Source: Camelus ferus (lineage: Eukaryota). From it: a DNA stretch of 64,000 nucleotides. The stretch's first letter is position 1. Each line of letters starts with the position of its first letter. Shown here piece after piece: positions 51,501-64,000 of the stretch. Under the pieces are notes generated by a model. The model searched no databases and had not been told where the DNA came from. It saw only the letters and a list, made by a program, of their open reading frames with translations. The stretch is taken from assembly GCF_009834535.1 (NCBI RefSeq), contig NC_045696.1, positions 113,460,001 to 113,524,000 on the forward strand. The letters run 5' to 3'. Position numbers and translations under genes: made by a program.

Positions 51501-53681
51501 ATAGCACGGATCCCTAACCTGTGGGTCCTCACCCTGGGAGTTTGGAAATTACGGTGAAGGGTCTGAGAACCCACTGCAAAGACCCAGCAATGCTGCCTGA
51601 ATAAACACTTTAGGTACCCGTTTTTCAAGGCTGTTATTGGATGAATTAACTTTTTGTCATGCATTTTCTGAATCGTAGAATAAAAAAAATTATGGTATAG
51701 CGGCCTGCAAAACTTTTGCTTTTTTTCCCTTTCCACTCTCACTGCAAAAGTTAGGATCTCCTGGTCTAGAGGTGGGCAGACAGAGCCCTGGTGGGAGCAC
51801 AGGGGGAAGGGGAGGGATGCAGGTGGAAGTCAGCAGCTCTCAGAAGGCCGCTGTCAAGGAGGAGCCTCCCCCAGGCTGTTCAGGGAAAGGTCTGTGCCAG
51901 CACCCCACCTGTTTCTCTGCGGAACGACTGGCTGTGTTTACCCTCGGTCAGCACGCCATTCCCGGCCTTCCGCCCCCTCCCTTTAACAGAGGATACTTTG
52001 GTTTCACAGTAAGAAATGTAACTCCAATTTTAAACACTGGTGGGAGTTTACTAGTCAGTCTTAAGTAATGAGGAAGTGGACAGTTCTGAACTGAAAGATG
52101 GGGGGTTGAACTTAAGATGTTAAGGAAAGATGGGAACAAAAAACCACGTACTCCTGTCTGAGGATACTGAACCCTGACTGTGATTGGGGTCTGCACGCAG
52201 CTGAGACTGAGAGGGCAAAACCTGAACACGCCTCTGCCTCTCAGGGTGTTTCTTTCTGTAACAAAAACACTTTTGAAAATCAAAGTGTAATACATAGAAC
52301 TCTTACACAAGGCAAAAAGAACTGTGCTGTTAATTCAGTTTTTTCCTTCTAGTCAAAATAAATACAGCTGCGGTAAATAAACATTTTAAGGAAAATAATA
52401 ATTTCTACTTGACACAATTTTTTCTTTTTGTAAGGGTTTCTGACTTCATGCAGATACACCAACAATGCAGGGGTTGTCAGGAACCACAACGTGTTGTTGG
52501 CACAGGAAGGTGGGCTGGCTGGCTGGGAGGCCCTGTGTCTCCACCAGCAGACGCAGCGCAGCCCAGAACCCGCCTCATGGCCGTTCCCAGCCGCCCGGCA
52601 ACCCGGGGACCCGTCTTCCTGGTGGCCGCGGGCAGGGCGGCCCGAGGCCACAGTTCTGTCTCATTAACACTATCTTGGTAATTACACAACGCAGAGCTAT
52701 CAGTTGGTAGTAACTTTTGCTTAATGCATATGGTTTTAAGTAGAATTTGAACTGTATAAAATGTAATTAATACAAGTCATTTAAGATGTAATCCTAAGAA
52801 ATTAATAAAACCAATTAAAAGAAACTGTCATTAGAGCAATCTTACTACTAGAATCTGATGTGTACTCTGGATTGACTTAAACATTTCCAAGATAACCACG
52901 TAGGCCAATGTTTAAGCTTCATTTTGTTTTGTTATGAAATCATGTTTTTCTCATTCCTTCCCCATTCCCATCCTCAGTACTAATTCATTCCAGACTATAC
53001 TGTGCTTCCATTTCAAGTTAGAAACCAAAGCTGCACTTCAATTTTCAAAAGGTATCACTGATTTCTTACAAAGAACATCCTGAGAGCAAGGCAAAAATTA
53101 TAATCCATTTTTAAAAATTATGTTTCAATCCGATCAATTTTTAAATTTTTATTGGGAGCAACGACCCTTGCTTACAAGCACAGAAAACCCAAAATTCAGA
53201 TGTTATTTAAAGCATAATCCTAAAAACCTTAACTATCTGGTCTCACACCCTAGAAAAAAAGTGAGGGATGAGAGGATGGGAAGCTAACATGCCACAAAGC
53301 AGCATGTGGACAGCAGCAGCAGCAGCGAGGGTGGGAGGGGGGCAGCTGTCAAGTGTGCCAGCGTATTCCAAGAAGGGGTAGAGGCCCAGGACCAACCAAA
53401 GGAGCAGCTCGGTTCTACCCACCTAAACACCCCAAATAAACCCGACAGCATCCCACGGTGCAATGACTGACGTTTCATACACACAGAGAACTGGCACATG
53501 GAGTGAACTTCATCATCCCCAGAAGAACAGATGTGGCAGACTGCTGCCTGGCTAGTCCACGTGCTTTCCTCTTCTTTGTAGAAGTGTCAAGGTAAATAAA
53601 GCAAACTAGTTGCTTATATGAAGTGCATCACTCACGTCCCAAAGTCCCCCAAGCCCCCACATTTCTACAGTAGCTTCAGAG

Positions 53682-53856
53682 CAGTGGTTCTCAATCGGGG
53701 GTGATGTCGCCTTGCAGGAGGTGGACGTCACAACTAGGACGGAGGGTGCTACTGGCACCTGGTGGGGAGACGCAGGAAGGTGCACCGGGCAGCCCCCCAC
53801 AAGAAGAATGCTCTTGGCCCCAGGTGTCAACAGTGCCAAGGCTGAGAATCCTGCCT
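53682..53856. mobile_element. MER20
   Basis: CAGTGGTTCTCAATCGGGGGTGAT...GCTACTGGCACCTGGTGGG...GTGCCAAGGCTGAGAATCCTG. Confidence 0.85.
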
Positions 53857-54037
53857 TAGGGAAAATGTGCTCTAAATTCAGCTAGCAGAAAAGAGCTTCA
53901 GTCTGAATCTCTACTGTCCGACTCCAGTGCCATCCTCTGATGTTTTACTGCTCAGGGCCTGGTACAGAAAAAAGCATTTATTATACAGTAGTTATTATTA
54001 AAAGTTAGATTGGCATATGCCCCAATGCTCTACAGAC

Positions 54038-54205
54038 CCCTGCTACTCAAAATGTAGCCCCCAGACAAAGAACATCAGCATCCCCTGGGTGTTTACTAGA
54101 AATGCAGACCTGGACTCCACCCCAGACCTAAAGCATCAAAATTTGCATTTTAACGAGGTCTCCCGATGATTCCTAAGCCCAGTGAAGTTTGAGAAGCCAA
54201 CTACG
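54038..54205. mobile_element. MER5A-like hAT
   Basis: TGCTACTCAAAATGT...AGAAATGCAGACC...TTTGCATTTTAAC...GTTTGAGAAGCC. Confidence 0.8.
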
Positions 54206-56269
54206 GAGGACATTAAGTGGTAATGAACACCGACTCCGCTTTCTAATCTTCTAGCTCTAAGTTACTATTTGTATTATCTAGCTCCCTTCTTCACTGTCTA
54301 ATTCTTCGCAGGAAGAAACAAGTATCAACCTGCTGCTGCTTCAGCTCTGTTGAGATCAACATCCACAGCATGCACGGAACTCAGGCATGTTTACAGGAAG
54401 AGATCCACAACCAGAGCTGTGCTCCCCACAGCAAACACACCGCCCGAAGTCCATTCTTAATTTACTCTTCTTTTGCTAAGAAATTCACGAAGAATGTGAT
54501 AAAATAGCATGAATCCATTTTACCAATCTACCAGAAGGAATCCTCACCTTCCACAATCACCTCCCGGTAGACACACTCTCTAGGGAATGAAAGCCGCCTT
54601 TCTCCGTGGGATCTATTTAACACAACCAGAGGAATTTTATAAAACAAAAACAAAAAACGTGTTGTCCTCAGCATTCCTTCATAAAACAGTAGCCGCCTGT
54701 AATCTAAGAGTGAGTAGCAGAAGGAACTTGAAAAATCAGAAAACCTCACTGAAGTGACCACCAGGCGAGTGACATGGCTTGGTGAGGGCTATTAAAAAGG
54801 AGGGCACAACCACTGTCACAGTCCTTCCCAGTAAGCGAGGAGCCTCCTCATACAAACAAGGTGGTGCAGCCTGGCATGTACGTCAGGTTCCTGGCCCCTG
54901 GAAAGAACTTTCAGACCAAGGGCCAACCCAAGGGACTCCCCAGAAGAGCTGGTGCTCACATAAGAATTCGCATCAGTGGTCCTCTGTGCATCTAAGCAGG
55001 TGTGCCGGAACAGAGCGGGTCCAGAGGGTGCGTTTGCCTACATGTAAGAGGGAAAACTAACTCAAACGTAAAACTGGAAACAGTATGATCCATGTCCCTA
55101 AGAAGCCTCCCCACAAAGCCCCCGAAGTCCTGTTACGCCAACACTGAGGAAAGGGCACCTACGGTCTTCCTCCGGCAGGAAGTAGACAAACCTAAAAGGA
55201 ATTTATACCATACTCTTCATGAAGCCCTAGGCTGGTGTGAGGCCTGCGGAAGCTGCAGAGTTCATTTCTGAAATCTGTTCCAAATCAGAAGAGAACAGAC
55301 TGCCTGTAGATGATTTACACAGAATGCTACAGCTATGTGGGCGCACAATCTTACATCGGATTCTAGTTTCTAGAGAGTAGTAATTTTCCTCACATACTAC
55401 AGGGCTTGTAGGCCTAATAGCAATTAACAATATTTAACTAGCTGGTCAAAACATGTGCCGCTGTGCAGATTACATGACGGCGTTTCCAGATAGGTGAAAA
55501 AACAAAACACCATAAAAGCTCAGTCCTGCCCAGCTAGCCATTCAATTGGCATTTTATCTTACATGGTACTGCTTTAGAAAAAAAGCAGCCACAGAGCCCT
55601 TCTGGAAATTTATATTCCAATTCTGAAAAAGAATTCGATGCACACAGAGTAAGGACACAATTTTTTAAAAAAAACCTAGTTTCAAGATAATTTGAAAGAT
55701 ATTCCAATAGGGACACTGAAAGAACTGCAGGCCTAAAAACCCACGTGGCCATCGGGTTCCTTATTCTCAACCAGGGATGGCTAAGTACTGAGTTTTTAGT
55801 GAACTGAGCTATGCAGTGTGCTTTAACTTCGAGACTAGTGGTACAGAAGTGGGGGTAGGCAACAAGCAAGTGAAATGGCAAAGCAGCCCCAAGCCAAGGG
55901 CCTAAAAAATCAGGTGGTGGGGACGACACACAGGAATGATTACGGAGAATGAAAAGGTGCCCAGTGTCTCAAAAGCCACCTTCCTATGCAAGGTTGAACA
56001 GGTCGCTAGTCAGGATTAAGGAGGAACAGACCATAGCTCTTTTCTGCAGGAACTACACAAGCCTGACCTAGAACAATTCTAATTTGTTTTTTTTCCCAGA
56101 GAAATAAGAAAAATAGTCAGAGCACAAGCTCTAAGGTGATTACCCATCCATTCCCACTAAAAGAAAGCAGGGCTGCTGTGTCTGCCTTAGCATCAAGTGG
56201 CTGAGCCCTGACTTTTCAGGGGCAGTGCTTGTATTATTAGCATATATAAATCAGCCATCTAAGTGAGGA

Positions 56270-56604
56270 CAGCTGACCCTTGAGCAACACCAGTTTGAAC
56301 TGTGAGGGTCCACTTAAGAGCAGATTTTTTTCAATAAATATACTGGAAAATTTGGGGAGACCTGCGACAGTTTGAGAAAATTCATAGCTGAATTGTGTAG
56401 CCAAGAAATACTGAAAAATTAAGAAAAACTTAGGTATGCCATGAATGCATAAAATAAATGCAGACATACCTACAACATATAAAATAAATGTTAATGTTTA
56501 TGTTATTAGTAAGGTTTCCGGTCAACAGTAGGTTATAAGTAGTTGAAATCTGGGGGAAGTTGTGCAAGGGGCCCCCAACCCCTGTGTCGTCCAAGAGTCA
56601 ACTG
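56270..56604 (+). mobile_element. Tigger3-type (TcMar) non-autonomous element
   Basis: Imperfect TIRs CAGCTGACCCTTGAGCAACAC / GTGTCGTCCAAGAGTCAACTG followed by TA. Confidence 0.8.
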
Positions 56605-58999
56605 TAACCGGAATCAACTGAGTCCAGTTCTCCATCCACAGGGTCTGCTGAGCACAAGCAGCTCTTCTATCAGGATGCTAACTGTACTGAGGGTAAAGGA
56701 GAGGCAGCTGGGCGGAAATCGAGTGTCCTGTTTAGACTTTTTAGGGGGTAAGGCACACTGTTAACACCGGTACCTTCCACACATTTAGTGCTGGTCCTCA
56801 AAAGCAACGGTGTCACAAGGAAAGCTATTTAAAGACCAAAATTCTCAAAAAAGAACTGACTGGGTTTTACTCAATTCTGAGAAAAGATTCTAGAGCACAT
56901 CGTTGGCTACGCAATTATCATAAAGGTTCCCATCAGCTCACACTTACCGTCTGTGCAGCCCCAGGTGGGGCAGGTGGGGAAGTGACAGGAGTGTAAATGC
57001 TCAGAAAAGAGGTTCCGTACCTCGTCAGAGCCCAGGGAGCTGCCTGATCTATTCTGCTGCAGTGCTTTTTGGGATCATTTATTACATGGTGTGAATTCTA
57101 TAATTATTTTATTGTTTGATAAAGCTTTTATTTAATAATAATTTAAAATTTTATTGCCCTTACAAGTGTTCCAGTTTGGATGTTATATACTTCATCTATC
57201 TATGAGGGGCCCCTGGCCACATCCCCGCACTGCCGATTGACCTGGAGCCCCCGCCTGGCTCCTGATTCTACCATCTTGCTGCCTTTCTGCTCTTCATCCT
57301 CAGCCCGCCTCCTCCTTCCAGGGCTTTGAGTAAACACCGCAAGCAGGCGTCTCCCATCTGAGGTCCAGCTCCCTACAACTTCCCTCCGCACAGAGCGCAT
57401 GTGGATTTGGAGGATGAAACGCTTTCAGCTAAAGCTGGCATTGACATTACCAGGGAAAGACCAGATGAGCAGTTTTCCGCAAGCCCACAGGCCAAAACTG
57501 TTTTCACAGTTCTAAAACACTATTTGCCTTTTCCCCTCTCCATCTCCCAGTCGTACTGTGCAGTCTTCCTGAGACTGCGTGCAGTGTGACCCAGGAACCG
57601 TCTGAACGCAGAAGCACACAGGATAGTCCTTACGTCAGACGTTAAAGCAATGTGTAAATGCGGTAAGCGGTACCATTTGTCTAGGTTTTTTATATTTGGA
57701 AAATGGAGTATATGTTAACATGTTTTTTGTTAGTTTAAAATAAATTACTAATATTTTTTAATGTTTTGGTTTTAACTTTGAATGCAGTAAAAATCCATAA
57801 TTAACCACATAAACAAAAAAGTTCTTTGGTGTTTGTAATAATTTTCAGGAGGGTAATGGGGTCCTGAAACAAATGAGAACTGCCGGGTAAATTATTTTAA
57901 AATAATACTACAGCATAAGTGGCTAACCATTGAAACAAGTGTCTGACTCATTCCCATCAGATATTAAAAGAAACAAAACAAAAACTAAAAGCTTTAAACA
58001 GGTGCTAGAAGGAAACAGAAGTGAACAGCTTTACATTGTGGGTGGGGAGACATTCTTATCTTGACACCCTGCAGCCGATGCCCTGGGTGCCTTGTCCGCG
58101 TCCCCAGGCCCGAGGTTCCAACAAGCTTCTGTCAAACACCAGCAGCCCTGTCTCTACCTCTGTGTCTAAAAGCTTTTCGGTCAGTGGCAACGGGCAGGAA
58201 GTGCAGGTAAATTAACGCGGTGGTAACTTTACAACACAACCCACAGATTCTCTGACACGCCTCCAAGAGGTAGAGTCTAACTGCCCTCCCTAAGGGAGAC
58301 AGTGTGACTCCCCAAGCTAGGTCATTTTTTAGAAGGTGAGATGGTCTCTCCCTTCCCCCAGGCTGTCTGTCTGTGCACCTAGGAAGCCCTACATCCCACA
58401 TAAGAAGTCTGACTAACCGGACCTACATCCTGGAGAGACCATGCGGACAGACGCAGAGTGGGGGAGGACCGAGGACCCCAGGTGTCCCAGCCCCCGGTCA
58501 CCTGAGTCCTCCCAGCCCAGTCGGCCCCAGACATATGAGGTTGTGATGGAGGCCGCTGTTTTACACTGGTAATTTAGAATGTTCTTGTAAGACAGCAAGA
58601 AGTTACTGGAACACTTCTCAAGAGGAGCCTTCGAACAACAGCTGATTGCTGGGCGGGACAACCGGGGCAAGCGCTTACCCAGGTCCCTGGAGTTCCCCCT
58701 TGGGTGCCTTCTGCTGTGGGAGCTGGCTAAGAAGGCATCTTTATGGACAGTCTTTTCTTCCCGTTGCTCCTTCCTACCTCCACCTGTGTTCCTTACACGA
58801 CTGAACTACCTGCATTCCAATCCTCAACGGTCTCCTTCTGGGGGAACCAAAGCCCAGACACCAAAGAAGTTACACACAGAGGAAAACATGAACATACGTG
58901 ACTACCGAAAACTGAAGATCCTTCACAGAAAGATACCAGAAACAGTTTATCGGGGGGGGGGGGGGGGAGATATCGCAGTGCATGATTACGGGTTAACAT

Positions 59000-59720
59000 C
59001 CTGACTTTGGAAAAACGTTAAACATGCTAATAGCAATGGACAAAAGTACACAGGCATTTCTCAAAAGAAACGTATATGGCCAATAAACAAATTCTTAATC
59101 TTACTCAGACTCAGAAAAATGCAAATTAAACACGAGGCACATTTTTCCTATCAGGACTCACAGAAATGTAAGGCTGAAAATCTGTGTTAATTGTATGATG
59201 AAACAGACACTTCCATTGCTTGTGGGGGAGCAAATTAGCAGTCCTTTTAGTTTGTGAGTAGGCATAACATATTCAAATATAAACCCAGGATACCCTTTGA
59301 CACAGAAATTCTGCTTCTTGGAACTTAACCGGAGGAAATCACTGGCCATGTGCACGTGGCTACAGTATCAGGATATTTATAAGAACCTTCTGTATGATTT
59401 AAAAGTTTTTGAAACAAGCTAAATTATCAACAGGAGATAAGTTAAATAAATTGTAGTATGCACACTCTGCAGCTCTTAAGAGAGATGAAGTCTGCACACT
59501 AAACAGGGTTTAAAGAAATCCATACTGGACGCTTAACTGACAAAGCAGGTTTCCTGACAGCAGGCAGAGCAACCTCACTTCTGTAAGAAATCCAAACTGT
59601 GAACAGAGATCACACCTACAGGGTGAGATGCAGGGGATTTATTTTCTCCTTTAAACAGATCTAAACGACTGGGATTTAAAAAATGATCATGTTTCACTTT
59701 TACAATAAGAATGTATTGCC
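59000..59720 (+). mobile_element. L1ME-like fragments
   Basis: AGAAATGCAAATTAAAC..., GATACCCTTTGACACAGAAATTCTGCTTCTTGGAAC. Confidence 0.6.
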
Positions 59721-60724
59721 CTTCTACAAAGGGTAGGAGAAATAGAATCTAATCCACCCAGAAGCAGAAAAAGTAACGGAGAAAGTGCAGTAACTACGGT
59801 TCCCCTGGGGTGAGGAGGGTTTCTGACCAGGAAGCCAGTGCTTTAAGGGTCTAGGGGACTGGCGGGTACTCGATCTAGGCTATCTGAGCCCGGTTTCCAC
59901 AGACTGGTTTAGAACAGCATCACCAAGGAGCGGAGGGAGACTTGACAAGTTCATTCCTGCTCATTGAGGCCGACAGTTTCCACAACGACCCACTGGTTGA
60001 CCACATCTCTGGGTGAAGAGCTCAAGTAAGTCAGCCATAGGAAATGACTGTGACTGCTCCCATCCCCAGCTCGGAGACCTGTCATAAAACCTTCCACCAA
60101 CATTCACTTTGCAAGCTTGGACATACCTAGCTGAGCGGCGCCATCACCCTGCCCTGCCGCCACCTCCCTCCTCTCTTCAGCTCAAGGGCTCTCTCCTACC
60201 CGCTTCTTTCTGCCTTGATCTCAAAGGCAGAGCTCAGAGACTACAAACCCTCCCGATGGTGCTAATCAAAGAGGCTCACACTTCCTGCAACAGCAGGAGG
60301 CAGGTACTTTTCAAAGTAAGGCAAGGGGATCTGACAGACCACTTGGCAGACCCGCCTACCAAATACCAGCTGCTAGCTAAGATCATCTGTTCAGTTTGTC
60401 CAAAGTCTATCTAAAGAGTCAAAACATCCAAGACTGAGGTGGGTGAATTTAACCGTATGTATATTACACCCTAATAAAGTAAATGAACATTTATCCAAGT
60501 ACAAGCAAAACAAAGTTTGAATTCAACTCTCCAGAACTTACTAGATATGTTTGTTCTGACCTAATATACGGACATTTAAAATATCATTCCAAGAACCAAC
60601 GTAAAAAATAAACGTAAAAGCGGAAAATACCCAACACTTTGCAGAGAAACATACCATTTCCACAATCCTTTCATAAACTTTGACTTTTCTGATCTTTACC
60701 CAAATCTTTTGTATCAGGAACGAT

Positions 60725-60860
60725 AACATTATCTCCATTTTAAAGATGGGTAAACAGATTCAGGAGGTTAAGTGACGTGTTTGTACAAAGTCCCAGAGCT
60801 AGAAGTCACAGTTCCGGCCAATGCGATCCAGGCTTTCCTACACTGGTACTCTCTCCACTG
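60725..60860. mobile_element. MIR
   Basis: TTATCTCCATTTTAAAGATGGGTAAACAGATTCAGGAGGTTAAGTGAC. Confidence 0.75.
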
Positions 60861-61178
60861 TATTCACAGAGCTTCTAATAAAACTGCCTCCTCTGGACTC
60901 ACCGCCAAGTCCATTTAATCACATTTACTAGTCTGCCTTTCCTACTTTATTATTTCATTTCTCTGTCCCATTTGGATGGAGGCTGGAATTAAACAGGAAC
61001 AAGAAAATCTTGTGATCTGCTAAGAGGTGTTACTAAAATTTCTTAAAAACTGACTCCCTTTATTTGTAGAAATGACTTAACTGAACATATATACATACCA
61101 CACGGAGCACTTAGTGTGGAGAAGAGGGGATTGTGCAAATAATGTGACAACTCCAAAAATGATGAAAATCTCCAGCTT

Positions 61179-61380
61179 GGCCAATCTCCTTTTTCCTAGC
61201 TGACCTAGGCTCTAAGGCTGCTCTCTCCCTTCTGAGTAAGATGGCCCACATTCTGCCTGTGGAATATCTTCTAAGCCTTTCTCTTGCCTTTTAAGATGGC
61301 CTGCACTCTGTCTATGGAGTATGTATCTCTCTGAATAAATCTACCTTCACTCAAAACACAAACAAAACACACACACACAC
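61179..61380 (+). mobile_element. ERV-LTR-like 3' segment ending in AATAAA and an A/CA tail
   Basis: AAGATGGCC...GGAGTATGTATCTCTCTGAATAAATCTACCTTCACTC then A/CA-rich tract; see findings. Confidence 0.6.
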
Positions 61381-61575
61381 AAAACTCTAGCTTAATTAAA
61401 ATCAAAAGATAATTTTGGGAAACAAGCATGAGTTCAACCGAGTAACAGTCCAAATACTATGCTCCTAAACTGCAGAGAGAAAAAGAGGGGGGCTTAAAAA
61501 CAGGTATAGAACATGACACCTACTTTCCCAGCTCAGAAGTTGGTTTGGTCCCGGACGTAGCCCAGGAATTCGGAT

Positions 61576-61595
61576 CCGCTCCGCTCCGCTCCGCT
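61576..61595. repeat. (CCGCT)4 pentanucleotide repeat in a small CpG-rich patch
   Basis: Directly visible. Confidence 0.9.
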
Positions 61596-62339
61596 CCATT
61601 CTAGCTCACAGCGGCACCGGGAGGCCCCGCGATCACGAAACGACCTGCACTGAGCGGAGGTCAGCCCCTGCCCGAGGGTGCGCCACCTCCCGCTGCTCAG
61701 AGCTCTGTGAAGCTGAGGCCTCCGCAACCTCCCGCGCCTCTGCAGGATCTACAATTCAGAACCACCAGGAAATTGCAGGTCAGGGGTGAGGAGAGCTATT
61801 TACTGCACTTGGAGTCGTGGGCTGCTTTCTCGGCCCCCGCTGGCCAGGAGAGAAAGGGAAGGCTATTCATATTTGCAGAGGGCCAAGAGGCTGAATGGCT
61901 GAAGCTATGCCCTGTGTGTCAAATACAGGGCTGGGCTCGGAGGGGAGGTCTGGCTGCTTTCCCACTGCTGAATCTCACGGCCAGGTCTGTCCTGCTGTCT
62001 ACACCCGCCCTTCCGGGTCAGCCGGAGCAACAGAAGCTTTAACAGGTGCTGCAGCCGGTGCCGAAGAGGCCCAGGTGTCACGTCCACATGTGACGTTTCA
62101 CAGCTGCCCAAGTCGCCCAAGTCCAGTACCGGGACTGGTAAGCAGACACACAGGACTGTCACCGGTGGCCACCGGCCAGCCACCTTTCTGGCTTGTAAAT
62201 GAACACATGTAATGCATATGTAACCTCCTGCTAGTAACAGTCCCTTCCTAAAATGATTCTAATCATTTAATACCGAAGGGAGTACAAAGCATTATCCCCA
62301 AACAGAAAAGGGTCCTGACAAAAATGTCAGCTAGTAATT

Positions 62340-64000
62340 TCCAATTTTATACGAAATACACTCTCAGAGAACTAACTGCTGAAATATATGCCTATTCAGG
62401 ATAAGCTTTACAGAAAAGGCCAAAAAGCAAGAAAAGTTCTCATTAAGAGGCGAGGAGGCCGCACAGGACTGTAGAACAAGGGTAAAGAATAGAAATACAG
62501 GAAAATGAAACCCTAACCTAAGGAGGGAATTAGCCACCTTGGAACACGTGCACAAAGACAGTGACTGAATACATGTACCACCTTCAATCTCTTCTCCAAG
62601 CTCCACCAGCAGGACAGTCAAGAGATTTTCTAAAAAGGCATAAACCCAAGAAGATGGGAAGAGCAGGAAAGGAGGCAAGGTCAACAGAAGCTGGCAGACA
62701 ACAGACAAGTCGTAAAGGACGTGAGCCATCGCAGACAGAACCCTGAACTGGCTGTCAGGAAAGCTCAGCCCACGCCCACCAGCCCACACTGTGTGGGCCA
62801 TCACGCCGCATGAACTCCCCAGAAGCGTCAGGAATTTGAGGCGCCTGTGGAAGTTAAAAGCGATGCAGGGAAAGGTTCTAGAATAAGGACTGGGTCCAAC
62901 TGGATACGAGCAGAGTTCTGAGACCCTCTAGGACAGGTAACTTCTCACCACTTGTCCCTCAGCATCACCCCAGCCGAGGTCAGGCCAGGTTCAGCAAGAG
63001 TCACGGGAGACTGGCCCTGGCGACTGGAGAGGAACCCCCCCCCCCCCGCTCAACTGCCGGCCATGAACCCTGAGCATCCTGGGTCACAGCCTCCAGAGAC
63101 CCTGAACTGAGGACCAGCAACGCTGTGCCCCGACTCCTGACCCACGGTAACTGTACGTCCTAAATGTGTGTATGGTTGGGGGCTGCTAAAGTCGCAGTTA
63201 TCTGTTACACCGCAACAGAAATCCTGTCAGGCTGAGGTTTATTTTAGAGAGGCTGAAATCGAGGGCCTCAGAACCCGGGGACACGAACGTGGATGAGGGC
63301 AGGGGAGTGACGCTGGCCAGTCTCCATCCTCCGCTCCCACCACACAGCCTGGCCCTCATGTCCCAGGCCGGCTCCTTGGGGCAACGAAACAGCCACAGAC
63401 TGACTTTAAAGGCTCCCCTAAGTGACGGCTACCCAAAACATGGCAAACAAAGAGCAAAACAAACTGCAAGCTGATCAATTAGATCAGAAATTACAAAGGA
63501 AATGTTTAAATAAACTTATCATTAATATCCAGAGGATAGAAGATACTGCTTCAGTGAAACAACAAAATGGCTAAAACAAAACAACATTCAGAAAAGATGG
63601 GTGTGTGTGTGTGAGTGAAGGTGGTCAAAAAGCACAAACTTTCAATAATAAAATAAATCCTGGGGATGTCATACACAGCACAGTGACTACAGGTAATAAT
63701 ACATTTGAGAGATCTTGAAAGTTCTCATCACAAGAAAAAAAATTGTGTCACTGTGTGTGGTGATGGGTATTAACTGAACTTACTGTAGCAATCATTACAC
63801 AGTATATACACATATCACATCATCACATTATACACCTTAAACTAATACAACGTTATATGTCAATTATATTTCAATAAAACTGGGAAGTAGGGGAAAAAAG
63901 GAAAAAGAAGCTTTTGGAAATTAAAAATAAAGCAAACAGAAACATTTAAAAATGCAATAAAGGGTAAAGTTGAAATCTTTCAAGATAGTAAAAAAAAGAC
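62340..64000 (+). mobile_element. Old L1M/HAL1-like 5'/ORF1 region with nested MLT (about 63050-63230) and L1 3' end (about 63600-63890)
   Basis: A-rich ORF1-like GAAATTACAAAGGAAATG...AAGAAGCTTTTGGAAATTAAAAAT. The insert TCCTGGGGATGTCATACACAGC...TATTTCAATAAAACTGGG is an L1 3' end. Confidence 0.55.

Noticed and set aside
61566-61577. Adjacent EcoRI-BamHI sites (GAATTCGGATCC) suggesting vector polylinker
   Set aside because: The match to a cloning site ends after about 14 nt and the flanks are not vector-like; chance in a GC-rich patch.

Overview
Mammalian genomic DNA, almost certainly camelid (camel, alpaca or llama), judged from about 15 copies of a tRNA-derived SINE with head GGGGAGGGTATAGCTCAAGTGGTAGAG. 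It is the conserved block NR1D2 - RPL15 - NKIRAS1 - UBE2E1 (3p24 in human). The window holds the CpG-island first exon of NR1D2 (minus strand; the gene runs off the left edge) and about 20 kb of repeat-rich intergenic DNA. It also holds the complete RPL15 gene (minus; TOP start; part of exon 4 lies in an N gap) and the complete 192-codon NKIRAS1 CDS (plus, head-to-head with RPL15). The 3' end of UBE2E1 follows (minus, tail-to-tail with NKIRAS1; one exon visible, two inferred inside N gaps), then 15 kb of its long intron. Most ORFs in the supplied track are chance ORFs or intron read-throughs. The best second-look items are RNA-processing features. RPL15 has a candidate distal alternative last exon and a splice junction that regenerates a 5' splice site. 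NKIRAS1 has a candidate uORF whose stop is created by splicing and tandem miR-130/301 seed sites. There is also a SINE copy with an abnormal, all-complementary substitution pattern and an apparently L1-retroposed ERV-LTR transcript end. Gene identities and repeat family names come from recalled sequence, not database searches; repeat boundaries are approximate.
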